From Kofleriaceae bacterium (lineage in GTDB: Bacteria > Myxococcota_A > Polyangia > Haliangiales > Haliangiaceae): a stretch of DNA of 63,185 bases. Each line of letters opens with the position of its first letter. Position 1 is the stretch's first letter. A program made the translations under genes and the position numbers. A model generated the notes under the pieces. The model was given only the letters and a program-made list of their open reading frames with translations. It was not told the DNA's origin and made no database searches. The DNA lies in contig JBKJUF010000048.1 in assembly GCA_046590445.1 (NCBI GenBank), forward strand, positions 1-63,185, in the 5' to 3' direction. Positions 1 through 10,108 of the stretch are shown here, one piece after another.

Positions 1-160
1 CCTCGGGGATCGTGACGCCGATCAGGCCGAGCCCGCCGAGCTCCCGCAGCAGCGCGGTGTTCAACGTCGCGGACTCGTCATGTGCCATCGCCTGCGGCTC
101 GACGCGCGACTGCACGAACTGCCGCACCGTCTGGCGGAGCAACTCGTGCTCGTCGGACAT
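1..160 (-). CDS. acyl-CoA dehydrogenase family protein, N-terminal fragment (continues beyond window start)
   Basis: Reverse-strand ATG at 160-158 translates MSDEHELLRQTVRQFVQSRVEPQAMAHDESATLNTALLRELGGLGLIGVTIPE, which resembles the opening helices of ACAD enzymes. It is cut by the window edge, so it is absent from the ORF track. Confidence 0.55.
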   Translation of the reverse strand, partial: MSDEHELLRQTVRQFVQSRVEPQAMAHDESATLNTALLRELGGLGLIGVTIPE

Positions 161-227
161 GGAGGAAGGAGAAGCCACGACTGCGACCATGATGGAGCCT
201 ACCCTACGAGCGTGACCAGCCGACCAG

Positions 228-1400
228 GTGGCGTTTCTTATCGCCCTCACCATCGCCTCGCGCGCGCACGAGGTTACAGTTCTGGTCGTGGCGCTCGACG
301 ACGAAACCGCACGGCCGTCCGGTCGACTGGTCCGCTTGCTCGCCGGTCAGCCGGCCGTCCTGGTCGCCAACCCGACGGCGCAGAGTGGTAAGGCGGCCGA
401 CTGGATCCGCACCGCGCGCGCGCTCCTCGACGAGGCCCAGGTCCCGCACCGCTTCGTCCCGACCGAGCCGGAGGGCCGCACGATCGAACGCGTCCGCGAG
501 GTCGTCGACGACGGCTCGCGCGTGATCATCTACATGGGCGGCGACGGCACGTTCGCCGAGGTCGCGAAGGGGATCTTCGCATCCCGTCATCCGCACGCGT
601 GCGTGATGGGCATGCTGCCGACCGGGACCGCGAACGATCAGGGCAAGTCGTTCGGCCTCCATTCGGGTCCGGGCGCGCTCGCGCGCAACGTCGCGGTGAT
701 CGCCGCGGGCGAGACGATCGGGTGTGACGTCGGCGCGCTGATCATCGAGCGGTCACTCAAGGAGCTGCACCGCGACATGTTCTTCGACTCGTTCAGCATC
801 GGCCTGGGTGCGGCGAGCCTCGAGACCCGCAACCGCGATCGCGAGCGCGTCGGCATGATCCCCGGGCTCGGCGCGCTCTATCGCAACCAGCTCGTCTACG
901 CCGGTGCGGTGCTGCGGCGGTTCGTCGAGAGCTACGTCGTCGACATCAAGTTCGACATGGACGCGGTGATCGACGGCGTCGTCTATCCGTTCGATCACCT
1001 GCTCGACGTGATCGTCAAGAACACCAAGATCTTCGGCGGCGAATGGATCTTCGACGCGGCCTCGGAGTCTGACGACGGCAAGTTCGAGCTCGTCCCGATC
1101 ACCGGCCGCCGCGATTTCGGGACCAAGCTGCTCGGGGGCCTGCGGCACAGCCCGGTCGGCACCGACGATCTCGCGTCGCTCGGCTTCGAGCACGCGCCCG
1201 CGATCACCGGCGCGAAGTTCGAGCTCGCGATCAAGACCGCAGGCAAGATGCTCCCGGCGGTGCAGTGCGATGGCGAGGAGCTGCCCGCCGGTGATCGCTA
1301 CTACATCGAGGTGATCCCGCGGGCCCTGCGCCTGATCGTCCCGCGCGAGCACGTCGATCCGTCACACACCGATCGCAGCGCCGGCCACAGCTTTCCGTAG
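228..1400 (+). CDS. diacylglycerol/lipid kinase family protein (YegS/BmrU-like)
   Basis: DAGK catalytic-domain motifs are present: VLVANPTAQSGK, IIYMGGDGTFAEV and MLPTGTANDQGKSFG. The start is uncertain; in-frame GTG 228, GTG 288 and TTG 336 are all possible. Confidence 0.8.
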   Translation: MAFLIALTIASRAHEVTVLVVALDDETARPSGRLVRLLAGQPAVLVANPTAQSGKAADWIRTARALLDEAQVPHRFVPTEPEGRTIERVREVVDDGSRVIIYMGGDGTFAEVAKGIFASRHPHACVMGMLPTGTANDQGKSFGLHSGPGALARNVAVIAAGETIGCDVGALIIERSLKELHRDMFFDSFSIGLGAASLETRNRDRERVGMIPGLGALYRNQLVYAGAVLRRFVESYVVDIKFDMDAVIDGVVYPFDHLLDVIVKNTKIFGGEWIFDAASESDDGKFELVPITGRRDFGTKLLGGLRHSPVGTDDLASLGFEHAPAITGAKFELAIKTAGKMLPAVQCDGEELPAGDRYYIEVIPRALRLIVPREHVDPSHTDRSAGHSFP

Positions 1401-1408
1401 CCGCAACC

Positions 1409-2743
1409 TCAGAGCTGCAGCTGCATCATCACGCGGATCTGCAAGTCCGGCTTGTCCTTGGCCATCGTCATCGGGTCCCGGCCGAGCAGCTGGATGAAGC
1501 CCGCATCGGACGCGAGCTTCAGCGTGTGGCCGTACCAGAACCAGTTGAACGCGCCGCGCGCCTCGATCCGCTCGCGGTCGCCGACCGTGACGAGCGCGAA
1601 GCGTCCTGCGACCTCTGCATGCTTCGGGATCACCATCATGCCGGCCTGCGCGAACCCTCCGTACTCGGCATCGGCCGACTTGAGCTTCATCATCACGACC
1701 CCGGCGTGCAGCGAGAACCCCATCGCCTTGACCATGGTGTCGAGCTCGAGCCCGTGGCTCAGGTTCTTCGAGACCGACTCCTCCTTCTGCTTGGCGAAGT
1801 TCGCGAGGTCGATCTTGTAGCTGCCACCGACGGCGTAGCGCAGCGGGCCGCCTTCGAGATCGCTCTCGCTGTACCCCTTGATCTTCGGAGAGTTGTAGCC
1901 AACGCGGCCGACGATCGCGGGGCCGAAGTCCGCCGGGAACGTGGTGGGGCGCGCATTGACGCACGTGATCGTGCCCGCCGCATTCTGCGTGCACGTCGTC
2001 GTCTCGACCGGGCGATCGGCGCCACCGGAGAACCCGTTGAAGACGCCGACGGCCCATTCGATTCCTTCGGGTGACTTCTCGTATTCGTTGTGGATGGCGA
2101 CGCCGAGATCGCGTCCGCCCCCGGCGAGATCGTTCTGGATCGAGCGCTCGTTCATCTGCGCCGAGAAGTCGGCGACGAGCTCGGAGCGGTTGAACGGCCG
2201 CTTCCACTGCCCGACACGTACGAAGGCAGGCGTGCCAGGCACCCGCTTCTCGAGGAACATGTCCTTGAGAAAGCCGAAGCTCCCCTGATCGCCGAGGTTC
2301 ATCTCGACCTTGAAGCGATTGTCGTTGCCGAACAGGTGTCCCTCGGCCTGCAGGCGCGAGCGTGGGATGAAGAACCGGTTCGTGAACTGGTTCTTCCGCG
2401 TCGGCGATTCGGTGTCGAACGAGCGATTCGACTCGAGCCTGAACTGATTGCGGAACATCAGCTTGAGCTCGTACATCTTGTCTGCAGTACCGAGCTTGAG
2501 GCCGCCGTCGTACTTGGCGGTGACCGCCGGCTTGTCGTCCGGCTTGACCGCCACCGCGGCGGGCACGGCGATCGGCGCGGGCGGGACCGGCTGTGCGGGT
2601 TCCGGCGGTGGTGGCGGTTCGACTGCAACGGGTGCGGGCTCCGCCGGCGGGGCGGGCTCGGGCGCTGGCGTTGGCGCCGGCTGTGCGGCAGCGAGCCCAC
2701 TCGACGCGAGCAGGACGGTGATGATCAAGCGAGAACCCATCAT
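1409..2743 (-). CDS. phosphate-selective porin O/P (OprO/OprP) family outer-membrane porin
   Basis: ATG at 2743 gives MMGSRLIITVLLASSGLAAAQ, a signal peptide followed by a Pro-rich linker. It then shares blocks with the second porin at 28275 (RVGQWKRPFNRS, GRDLGVAIHNEYEKSPEGIEWAVGVFNG). It lies 26 nt downstream of the TorD-like gene on the same strand. Confidence 0.8.
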   Translation of the reverse strand: MMGSRLIITVLLASSGLAAAQPAPTPAPEPAPPAEPAPVAVEPPPPPEPAQPVPPAPIAVPAAVAVKPDDKPAVTAKYDGGLKLGTADKMYELKLMFRNQFRLESNRSFDTESPTRKNQFTNRFFIPRSRLQAEGHLFGNDNRFKVEMNLGDQGSFGFLKDMFLEKRVPGTPAFVRVGQWKRPFNRSELVADFSAQMNERSIQNDLAGGGRDLGVAIHNEYEKSPEGIEWAVGVFNGFSGGADRPVETTTCTQNAAGTITCVNARPTTFPADFGPAIVGRVGYNSPKIKGYSESDLEGGPLRYAVGGSYKIDLANFAKQKEESVSKNLSHGLELDTMVKAMGFSLHAGVVMMKLKSADAEYGGFAQAGMMVIPKHAEVAGRFALVTVGDRERIEARGAFNWFWYGHTLKLASDAGFIQLLGRDPMTMAKDKPDLQIRVMMQLQL

Positions 2744-2769
2744 GAAGCTCCAGGCCAGGGGGTGTCGTC

Positions 2770-3399
2770 TCAGGCGGCGTGATCTGGGTTTGTGAGCTCG
2801 TCGCGTTCTTCCTCGAGCAGGGCTGCGAGTAAGCGGGGAACGCTGCGATACGGTTCGCGCCTCGCGCTGCTGGCGACGGACGCGAGATAGCTGGGCATCC
2901 ACGGCAGCACGTTCTGCACGAGCAGCTCCTGGGCCGCACTCCACGCAGCGGCGGCCGAGGTCTCGTCTGATGCGGCAGCGGCCTCGGCGTACAGCGTGGC
3001 GAGGATCGCGAGCGGAACCGCGACATGATCGGGCGATGCGATATGGAGCGCCGCGCAGCCGGTGAGCTCGAGGTCGTGACGCTCGAGAAACGCGAGCACG
3101 CGCGCGCCGGCGCGACCGCCCAGCAAGGCTTCACCGCGCTGCGTGGAGGCGTAGGGCGGGCACGTCGGATGCGGGCCGACGAACAGCCGGCAGTACTCCG
3201 CGGCGAGCTCCTCGATGGCCGCGGGCTCGTCGAGTGGCGCGATGTCGTCGTCGAGAAGTCCGAGCCCGCCTGGATGACCGGCGCCGGCCAGGCCGGACGA
3301 CGCGAGGCGCCGCAGCAGCTCGGCGTCGACCTCGACCGCGAAGATCCGCGCGCCGAGGGCGTACAGGTCCCGCCGGGCCGCGGCGTCGATCCGCGCCAC
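2770..3399 (-). CDS. TorD/DmsD-family redox enzyme maturation chaperone
   Basis: GTG at 3399 lies 7 nt after the stop of the catalytic subunit. The sequence contains ELAAEYCRLFVGPHPTCPPYAS, typical of the TorD family. The N-terminal part of the 276-aa track ORF overlaps the upstream gene and was trimmed. Confidence 0.7.
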   Translation of the reverse strand: MARIDAAARRDLYALGARIFAVEVDAELLRRLASSGLAGAGHPGGLGLLDDDIAPLDEPAAIEELAAEYCRLFVGPHPTCPPYASTQRGEALLGGRAGARVLAFLERHDLELTGCAALHIASPDHVAVPLAILATLYAEAAAASDETSAAAAWSAAQELLVQNVLPWMPSYLASVASSARREPYRSVPRLLAALLEEERDELTNPDHAA

Positions 3400-3406
3400 G
3401 TGGCGC

Positions 3407-5920
3407 TCAGACCTTTCTGAGGCGGACGATGGTGTCATGGTAGGCCTGCTGCCCCGTGATCGGGTCCGGGTAGACCGGCATGAGGTTGTTCTGGGCGACG
3501 CTGAGCGCGTTCTTCCACCACACGCCGCTGGGGCGTGGCGCGTCGGCGTCGATCCCGGGAACGTTGCTCGGTTCATCCGCGTGCGCGGCGACCGGGCCAC
3601 CGGCCCACCGGCCGCTGTTGTGAGACATCGCGATCACCTGGGGATGCACGCCCTCGGTCAGGCGGACTCGCGTCTTGACCGTGCCGCACACCGAGCCGTC
3701 GCCGTGAGGCACCAGCGCGTCACGGGGGCGATAGCTCGTGACCTCGACCCAGTCTCCGTCCTTCAACCCGAGTCGCGACGCCGTCGCTGGATTGACCCAC
3801 GCGGGGTTCGAGTGCTGGATCTCTTGCAGCCACATCGACTGCATCGTTCGATGTGCGTTGTGAACGTTCCACTTGAAGCTGATCATGATCAGCTGATCAT
3901 CGGTGAGTCCGAGCTCGTGATCGGGAATCGGCAAGTAGATCGGCAGTGGCGAGAAGGTCTTGCCGACCGCCTCGCCCTTGTCGACGAGGAACTTGCTGAA
4001 CACCTCGACCTTGCGCGACGGCGTCTTGAAGCCCACGCGCGCGATCCCGTTGATCATGATGCCGATCGCGATCGGCTTCTTGGTCTTGGGGTCCTCTCCC
4101 TTGGTGATGATGCCGGTCGCGGGGTCCGTGGTGCTGCTCTCGAGATCCGCGTTCGAGAGCTGCTTCAGGTAGGGGACGTAGTTTGGCTTCTTCTTCGGAT
4201 CCACCCACGCCCCGTGCTCCTTCATGTAGTTGAAGCCGCCGGGAACGTTCTTGAAGTACGCCTCGAGGTACTCCTCCGTGGTCTTCCACGGGTAGTACTT
4301 CTCCATGCCGCCGCCGATCCGGCGGGCGAGCTCGGGGAAGATCTCGCGGATGTCCTTGGACTCGCCGAGCGGCTTGACGACCGGCTGGCGGAGCCCGACG
4401 TAGTCGACGAGCCCGAGCGACGGTCGCGCATCGATATCCCAGCGCTCGAGGTACGTGGTCCACGGCAGGATGATGTCCGCGAGCTGCGCGGTCTCCGAGT
4501 ACATGACGTCGAGACAGAAGTGAAACGGGATCAGCGTCTCGTCCTTGAGGACCTCCTGCACGAGCCCCATCTCGGGCCACGACCACGCCTGGTCCGTGTT
4601 GTAGGTCATCATCGCGGAGAGCTTCTGCTTCTTCTCCTTGATCCACAGGTAGACGATCGTGCCGACCTTCATGCCGAAGCCCGGGTAGGCGTTGGCGAGC
4701 GGCCAGTCCTTCGCATCCGCGATCACGCTCTTCGCGGTCGGCTTCGGCGGGATCGGTTCGGGCTCGGGGTGCTGCTTCTTGTCGAAGCCCGACAGCGGGT
4801 GCCAGCACCAGCCGCCCACGTACCCCATGCTGCCGACGAGCGCGTTCAGGATCGTGATCGCGCGGTCGTTGTAGAAGCCGTTGCGATGCGCGTGCGAGCC
4901 GCGCGCGCAGATCGTGGTCGCGCGTGGCGCCGCCCCAGCAAACTCGCGTGCGATCCGGCGGATGTCTTCGGCAGGCACCCCGCTCGCGGCCGCCGCGCGC
5001 TCCGGTGTGTACTGCGAGACGTGTGCGGCATAGTCGTCGGCCGCGTAGTTGGACCAGGTGTCGAACCACGCCTTGTCCCAGAGGCCTTCGGAGCAGATCA
5101 CGTGTGCCATGGCGAGCGCGATCAGCCCGTCCGTTCCAGGCTTCACGCAGAACCACTCGTCGGACAGCGCGGCGGTGTTGGAGAGCCGCGCCTCGAAGGT
5201 GACGATCTTCGCGCCGCGCTCGCGCCCCTTCATCATCCGCGTCGCGATCGGGATGTGACCCTGATGCGCCTCGGCCCAGTTGCAGCCGAAGTTCAGGACG
5301 TACTGCGTGTTCTCGAAGTCGCCGAGATCCCAGTCGGTGTCGCCGATCGTGCTGAGGATCGCCGAGCGGCGGTTCGCCGAGCACAGCGCGCGGTGGTTGA
5401 AGTGACTCGGCGTGCCGAACGCGTCGAGGAACCGCGCGACCGCGTCGGCCGAGCGGTTGCGCCCCTGCTGGAACGCGAACTCCTCGGGGTGACCGCTCTC
5501 GCGGATCTTCTTCAGCTTCTCGGCGATCTCCGAGTACGCCTCCTCCCAGGTGATCCGCTTCCACTTGCCTTCGCCGCGCTTGCCGACGCGCTTGAGCGGG
5601 TGAAGCACGCGATAGGGATCGTAGAGGATCGATGGCGACGCCGCGCCCTTCGCGCAGATCGCGCCGCGGCTGTTGGGATCGGCGGGGTTCCCGCTGACCG
5701 TGAGCAGCCGACCGTCCTTGACGTGGGCGATGATCCCGCACGCCGTCGTGCACGCCTGGCACATCGACGGGATGTGCTTGACGTCGCCGACGGTCTTGCC
5801 CTGCCAGGCCGTGCGATTCGGATAGGTCTTGCGCGCGACGAGGTGGAGCAGCCCCGGTGCGGCAACCGCCGCACTCGCCGCCACCCCGATCTTCAAGAAG
5901 TCCCGGCGATCGAGCTTCAT
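3407..5920 (-). CDS. molybdopterin (bis-MGD) oxidoreductase catalytic subunit, Tat-exported, PsrA/PhsA/TtrA-like
   Basis: ATG at 5920 is preceded by GAGGA. The protein has a twin-arginine signal (MKLDRRDFLKIGVAASAAVAAPG) and an FS0 cluster motif (CQACTTAC...CAKG). A candidate Cys Mo ligand lies in HRALCSANRR. Length is about 837 aa. Confidence 0.9.
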   Translation of the reverse strand: MKLDRRDFLKIGVAASAAVAAPGLLHLVARKTYPNRTAWQGKTVGDVKHIPSMCQACTTACGIIAHVKDGRLLTVSGNPADPNSRGAICAKGAASPSILYDPYRVLHPLKRVGKRGEGKWKRITWEEAYSEIAEKLKKIRESGHPEEFAFQQGRNRSADAVARFLDAFGTPSHFNHRALCSANRRSAILSTIGDTDWDLGDFENTQYVLNFGCNWAEAHQGHIPIATRMMKGRERGAKIVTFEARLSNTAALSDEWFCVKPGTDGLIALAMAHVICSEGLWDKAWFDTWSNYAADDYAAHVSQYTPERAAAASGVPAEDIRRIAREFAGAAPRATTICARGSHAHRNGFYNDRAITILNALVGSMGYVGGWCWHPLSGFDKKQHPEPEPIPPKPTAKSVIADAKDWPLANAYPGFGMKVGTIVYLWIKEKKQKLSAMMTYNTDQAWSWPEMGLVQEVLKDETLIPFHFCLDVMYSETAQLADIILPWTTYLERWDIDARPSLGLVDYVGLRQPVVKPLGESKDIREIFPELARRIGGGMEKYYPWKTTEEYLEAYFKNVPGGFNYMKEHGAWVDPKKKPNYVPYLKQLSNADLESSTTDPATGIITKGEDPKTKKPIAIGIMINGIARVGFKTPSRKVEVFSKFLVDKGEAVGKTFSPLPIYLPIPDHELGLTDDQLIMISFKWNVHNAHRTMQSMWLQEIQHSNPAWVNPATASRLGLKDGDWVEVTSYRPRDALVPHGDGSVCGTVKTRVRLTEGVHPQVIAMSHNSGRWAGGPVAAHADEPSNVPGIDADAPRPSGVWWKNALSVAQNNLMPVYPDPITGQQAYHDTIVRLRKV

Positions 5921-5933
5921 TTGTGCTGGTTCC

Positions 5934-6830
5934 TCATGAGTGGACGACAAAGAACAAGTATCGAGCGGCGGCGGTGCCGATCAGCACGCCGGCCGCGCCG
6001 ACGATCACGGCGACGCGATGCCTGGAAAGACCGACGAGGGTCACGAGCGGGACGACGAGCCCGGCGACCACGACGAGCCCCCAGAACGTGCGCGACCAGC
6101 GGCCGCTGATCATCTCATCGAGCGAGCTCGACAACGCCGGGACATTGCCGTGCAGCGCGAGCCCCTCGAAGATGAACAGCAGGCCTTGAATGGCGACGAG
6201 GAACACGAGCGTTCCGACGATGCGCGCCCGGAAGTGCTGGTCCGCGAGGCCGGGAACGACGTGCGCCAGGATCACGGCGATCGCCGCACCCGCCGCCATC
6301 GCGGTGCAGAGGAAGATGACCGACGCGGCGGGGCTCATCGCCATCGGCGAGATCCAGGTTCGCGACAGCAGCGTGGCCGGGTAGACCGCGAGCCCAAAGC
6401 TCGTGATGCCGAGCAGCACGGGTACCACGCGGTACAGCGTTGCGGTTGCGCCGACGGGACTCGTCGAGTCGCCGGCGGCATGCGCCTGCCGCCGCTTGAA
6501 GAGCAGGAACAGGTACAGCGCCAGCAGGCCGCTCTTGAGCGCGAGCAACTTCGCCCCGATCGCCATCGGCGAGCCGAGGTTCGAGAACCTCGTGAGCATC
6601 AGGAAGAACCGCTGCGGCTGCTGGAGATCGATGATCAGGATGACGCTCGCGATGCCGAGCGCCGCGACCGCCACCAGGCCGCCGTACCATTCGAAGCTGT
6701 CAGCCGCTTTCGAGTCGCGTGGGCGCGTCCACCACAGCTGCAGCGTGATCCCCGACGAGATCCCGATCAGGATGACATACACCGCGAGGAGCGTGCCCCA
6801 CGGCGACTCCGGGAGCGGATGACCGAACAT
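5934..6830 (-). CDS. NrfD/PsrC-family polytopic membrane quinol-interacting subunit
   Basis: A 298-aa highly hydrophobic protein with about 8 predicted TM helices. It sits between the FeS and catalytic subunits, with 1-nt and 13-nt gaps. Confidence 0.85.
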   Translation of the reverse strand: MFGHPLPESPWGTLLAVYVILIGISSGITLQLWWTRPRDSKAADSFEWYGGLVAVAALGIASVILIIDLQQPQRFFLMLTRFSNLGSPMAIGAKLLALKSGLLALYLFLLFKRRQAHAAGDSTSPVGATATLYRVVPVLLGITSFGLAVYPATLLSRTWISPMAMSPAASVIFLCTAMAAGAAIAVILAHVVPGLADQHFRARIVGTLVFLVAIQGLLFIFEGLALHGNVPALSSSLDEMISGRWSRTFWGLVVVAGLVVPLVTLVGLSRHRVAVIVGAAGVLIGTAAARYLFFVVHS

Positions 6831-6831
6831 G

Positions 6832-7614
6832 CTACTTGGGTCCGCCGCTGCCAGGCGAAGCGGGTGCTACTGCAGGTGGCGGAGGTGCCGGCGATGCCGA
6901 CCCTGCCGCCGGCGCATTGGAACCTGCCTGTGAGGCAGGAGCAGACGGCGGCGCCGACGGCTGCGAGGGCGGCGAAGTGGGCGGGCTCCACGTGCTGACG
7001 GACGGGCCGTTTCCTTCGTACTCGTTCGCGGTCGGGACCTGAACGCCTTCGTGTCCGATCAGCTGCAGCGCGCCTTGCGGATCGATGTAGAGCACCTTCG
7101 GTTTCGTGCCGGCCTCGGCCTTCCAGACGCTTGTCCGATTGGCCGCCGCCTTCGTCGCGATCGCGCTCTTCGGATCATCGAGGTCACCGAAGATGCGGCA
7201 CTTGGTCGGGCAGGCATCGACACATGCGGGCTCCATGCCCTGGGCGGTTCGGTGCTCGCAGAACGTGCACTTCTGCGCGACTTCCTCCTCGGGATCGATA
7301 TAGATCGCCCCGTACGGGCAGGCCGCCATGCAGAACCTGTTGGTGTTGCAGTCGCCCTTGTTGATGATGACCTGGCCATCCTCGAGTCTCTCGATGGCGC
7401 TTGTCGGACACGCCTTCAGGCACGGGGCGTCCTCGCACTGGTTGCACAGGACCGGAATGAAGTGCCGCTTGGCCTTCGGGTACTTGCCTTCCTCCACGTA
7501 CTTGACGGTGTCGCGGAAGACGCCAAGCGGAACATCGAACTCTGACTTGCACGCGACCGAGCACGCGTGACAGCCGATGCAGGTCCGGAGATCGATCAGC
7601 ATTCCCAGGCGCAT
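6832..7614 (-). CDS. 4Fe-4S ferredoxin-type electron-transfer subunit (PsrB/TtrB/DmsB-like) with Pro/Ser/Ala-rich C-terminal tail
   Basis: The protein contains four Cys clusters: CIGCHACSVACK, CNQCEDAPCLKACP, CMAACPYGA and CTFC...CVDACP. The last roughly 57 aa are a low-complexity PSA-rich tail. Confidence 0.9.
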   Translation of the reverse strand: MRLGMLIDLRTCIGCHACSVACKSEFDVPLGVFRDTVKYVEEGKYPKAKRHFIPVLCNQCEDAPCLKACPTSAIERLEDGQVIINKGDCNTNRFCMAACPYGAIYIDPEEEVAQKCTFCEHRTAQGMEPACVDACPTKCRIFGDLDDPKSAIATKAAANRTSVWKAEAGTKPKVLYIDPQGALQLIGHEGVQVPTANEYEGNGPSVSTWSPPTSPPSQPSAPPSAPASQAGSNAPAAGSASPAPPPPAVAPASPGSGGPK

Positions 7615-7728
7615 TGACGATAATCTGCCCGAGCAACATCACGATCTCATCACGGTCGCGCAGGATCCTGAGGAATCTTTCGTTTCGGTCGCGTAAGCGC
7701 GCAGGATCGCTCCTGTCTGATCTGACGC

Positions 7729-8082
7729 CTACCGCTTCGCGCGTGACGTTCTCGGCTTGCCCGGCGCGCGGCGGCGCGGCGGCGCGGTCCGTTCGGGTTT
7801 GGGTGTGGTCGAACGCTGACTGCGAGCTGCGTCGGTGGCGGGCGATTCGCCGGCTCGCGTGGGATGGATATCGATCAAGGGATTTTGCACGCGCAGCGCG
7901 GGGAAGTGCAGGAAGTCGCGGTCGTTGGTCCACAGCTCGGTCACGCCGTACTGCAGACACACCGCTGCGATCCGCGCGTCGTAGGCTCGAGCGCCGACGA
8001 TCTTCGCCGCGACGAGGAGGTCAGACGCCACCGACCACGTCTCGGTGTGTGATGTGAAGACAGCTCGGGTACGTGCGCTCAT
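7729..8082 (-). pseudogene. N-terminally truncated PIN-domain (VapC-like) remnant
   Basis: From ATG 8082 the sequence is ...AYDARIAAVCLQYGVTELWTNDRDFLHFPALRVQNPL. This matches only the C-terminal half of VapC PIN toxins (third and fourth acidic positions). The N-terminal D/E region and any antitoxin are missing, and it ends in a basic read-through tail. Confidence 0.45.
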
Positions 8083-8107
8083 ATCGGGTGCTTGGTATAA
8101 CGAGCCA

Positions 8108-8719
8108 GTGAGACGGCTCCTGGTGATCGCGGTCGTCGGAGTGGTCATCGGTTGCGGAAGCCATGCTCGCAAGCCTGCGCCCGCGCCGTCCGTTCCGGTG
8201 GCGAACGAGACGCGGAGCTGCAGCGAGGCTGCCGCGGGGATCGATCGGGGCACGCGCAGCGTTCGCCCGCCCGATGTCGAGGTGCTCGCGACGATCCGCG
8301 CGCGCTGCGTCGAGGACACGTGGTCGACCGACGCGATCGAGTGCTTCGCGACGATGCACGAGGATGATCTCGGCAAGTGCGCCGGCGAGCTCGGAGAGTC
8401 GTCGCGCGATCGATTGTTCGCCGCGCTCGGCGGCGGCTATGACGACCGCACCGCGATCGTGGTCGCGCAGGCCCGCCTCGTGAACCTCGAGGTCGGCATC
8501 GCCGAGTGCGATCGCTTCGTGACCACGGTCGCGCGTGCGCTGGGCTGCGAGCAGATGCCGCTCGAGCAGCGCGCGCAGCTCGGCAACGAGACCGCGGATT
8601 TCTGGTCGTTACCGACGAAGAACTTGCCGGCCGATGCGAGCCGGCGGATGTCCGAGGTGTGCGGGAAATCCCTCACGTACCTGCAGCAGCAGGTCGCCGC
8701 CGCCGGTTGCATGCCCTGA
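8108..8719 (+). CDS. hypothetical lipoprotein
   Basis: GTG at 8108 gives VRRLLVIAVVGVVIGCGS, a signal peptide with a lipobox. The protein is Cys-containing, soluble and of no recognised family. Confidence 0.6.
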   Translation: MRRLLVIAVVGVVIGCGSHARKPAPAPSVPVANETRSCSEAAAGIDRGTRSVRPPDVEVLATIRARCVEDTWSTDAIECFATMHEDDLGKCAGELGESSRDRLFAALGGGYDDRTAIVVAQARLVNLEVGIAECDRFVTTVARALGCEQMPLEQRAQLGNETADFWSLPTKNLPADASRRMSEVCGKSLTYLQQQVAAAGCMP

Positions 8720-8770
8720 GGCTTTCGGCCAACCTCCGGCATCATCTTCTAGGCATTTTCAGGAGTTTCC

Positions 8771-10003
<1,233 letters not shown>

Positions 10004-10049
10004 GAGCGCATCTGATCGCCGAGCGGCGCTGATCGGGCCGAAATGGAGC

Positions 10050-10068
10050 GCCGGGATTGACTCCCGGC
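10050..10068 (+). terminator. possible hairpin downstream of the thiolase gene
   Basis: GCCGGGA-ttgac-TCCCGGC forms a 7-bp stem. There is no U tract. Confidence 0.3.
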
Positions 10069-10108
10069 CCGCGGGGACACCGCCGCAGGACGGTGTTATG
10101 CACGGCGG

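Noticed and set aside
1362-3134. 590-aa minus-strand ORF overlapping the porin and chaperone
   Set aside because: The translation is Arg/Pro-rich and off-frame relative to the porin ORF, which has a signal peptide and family motifs.
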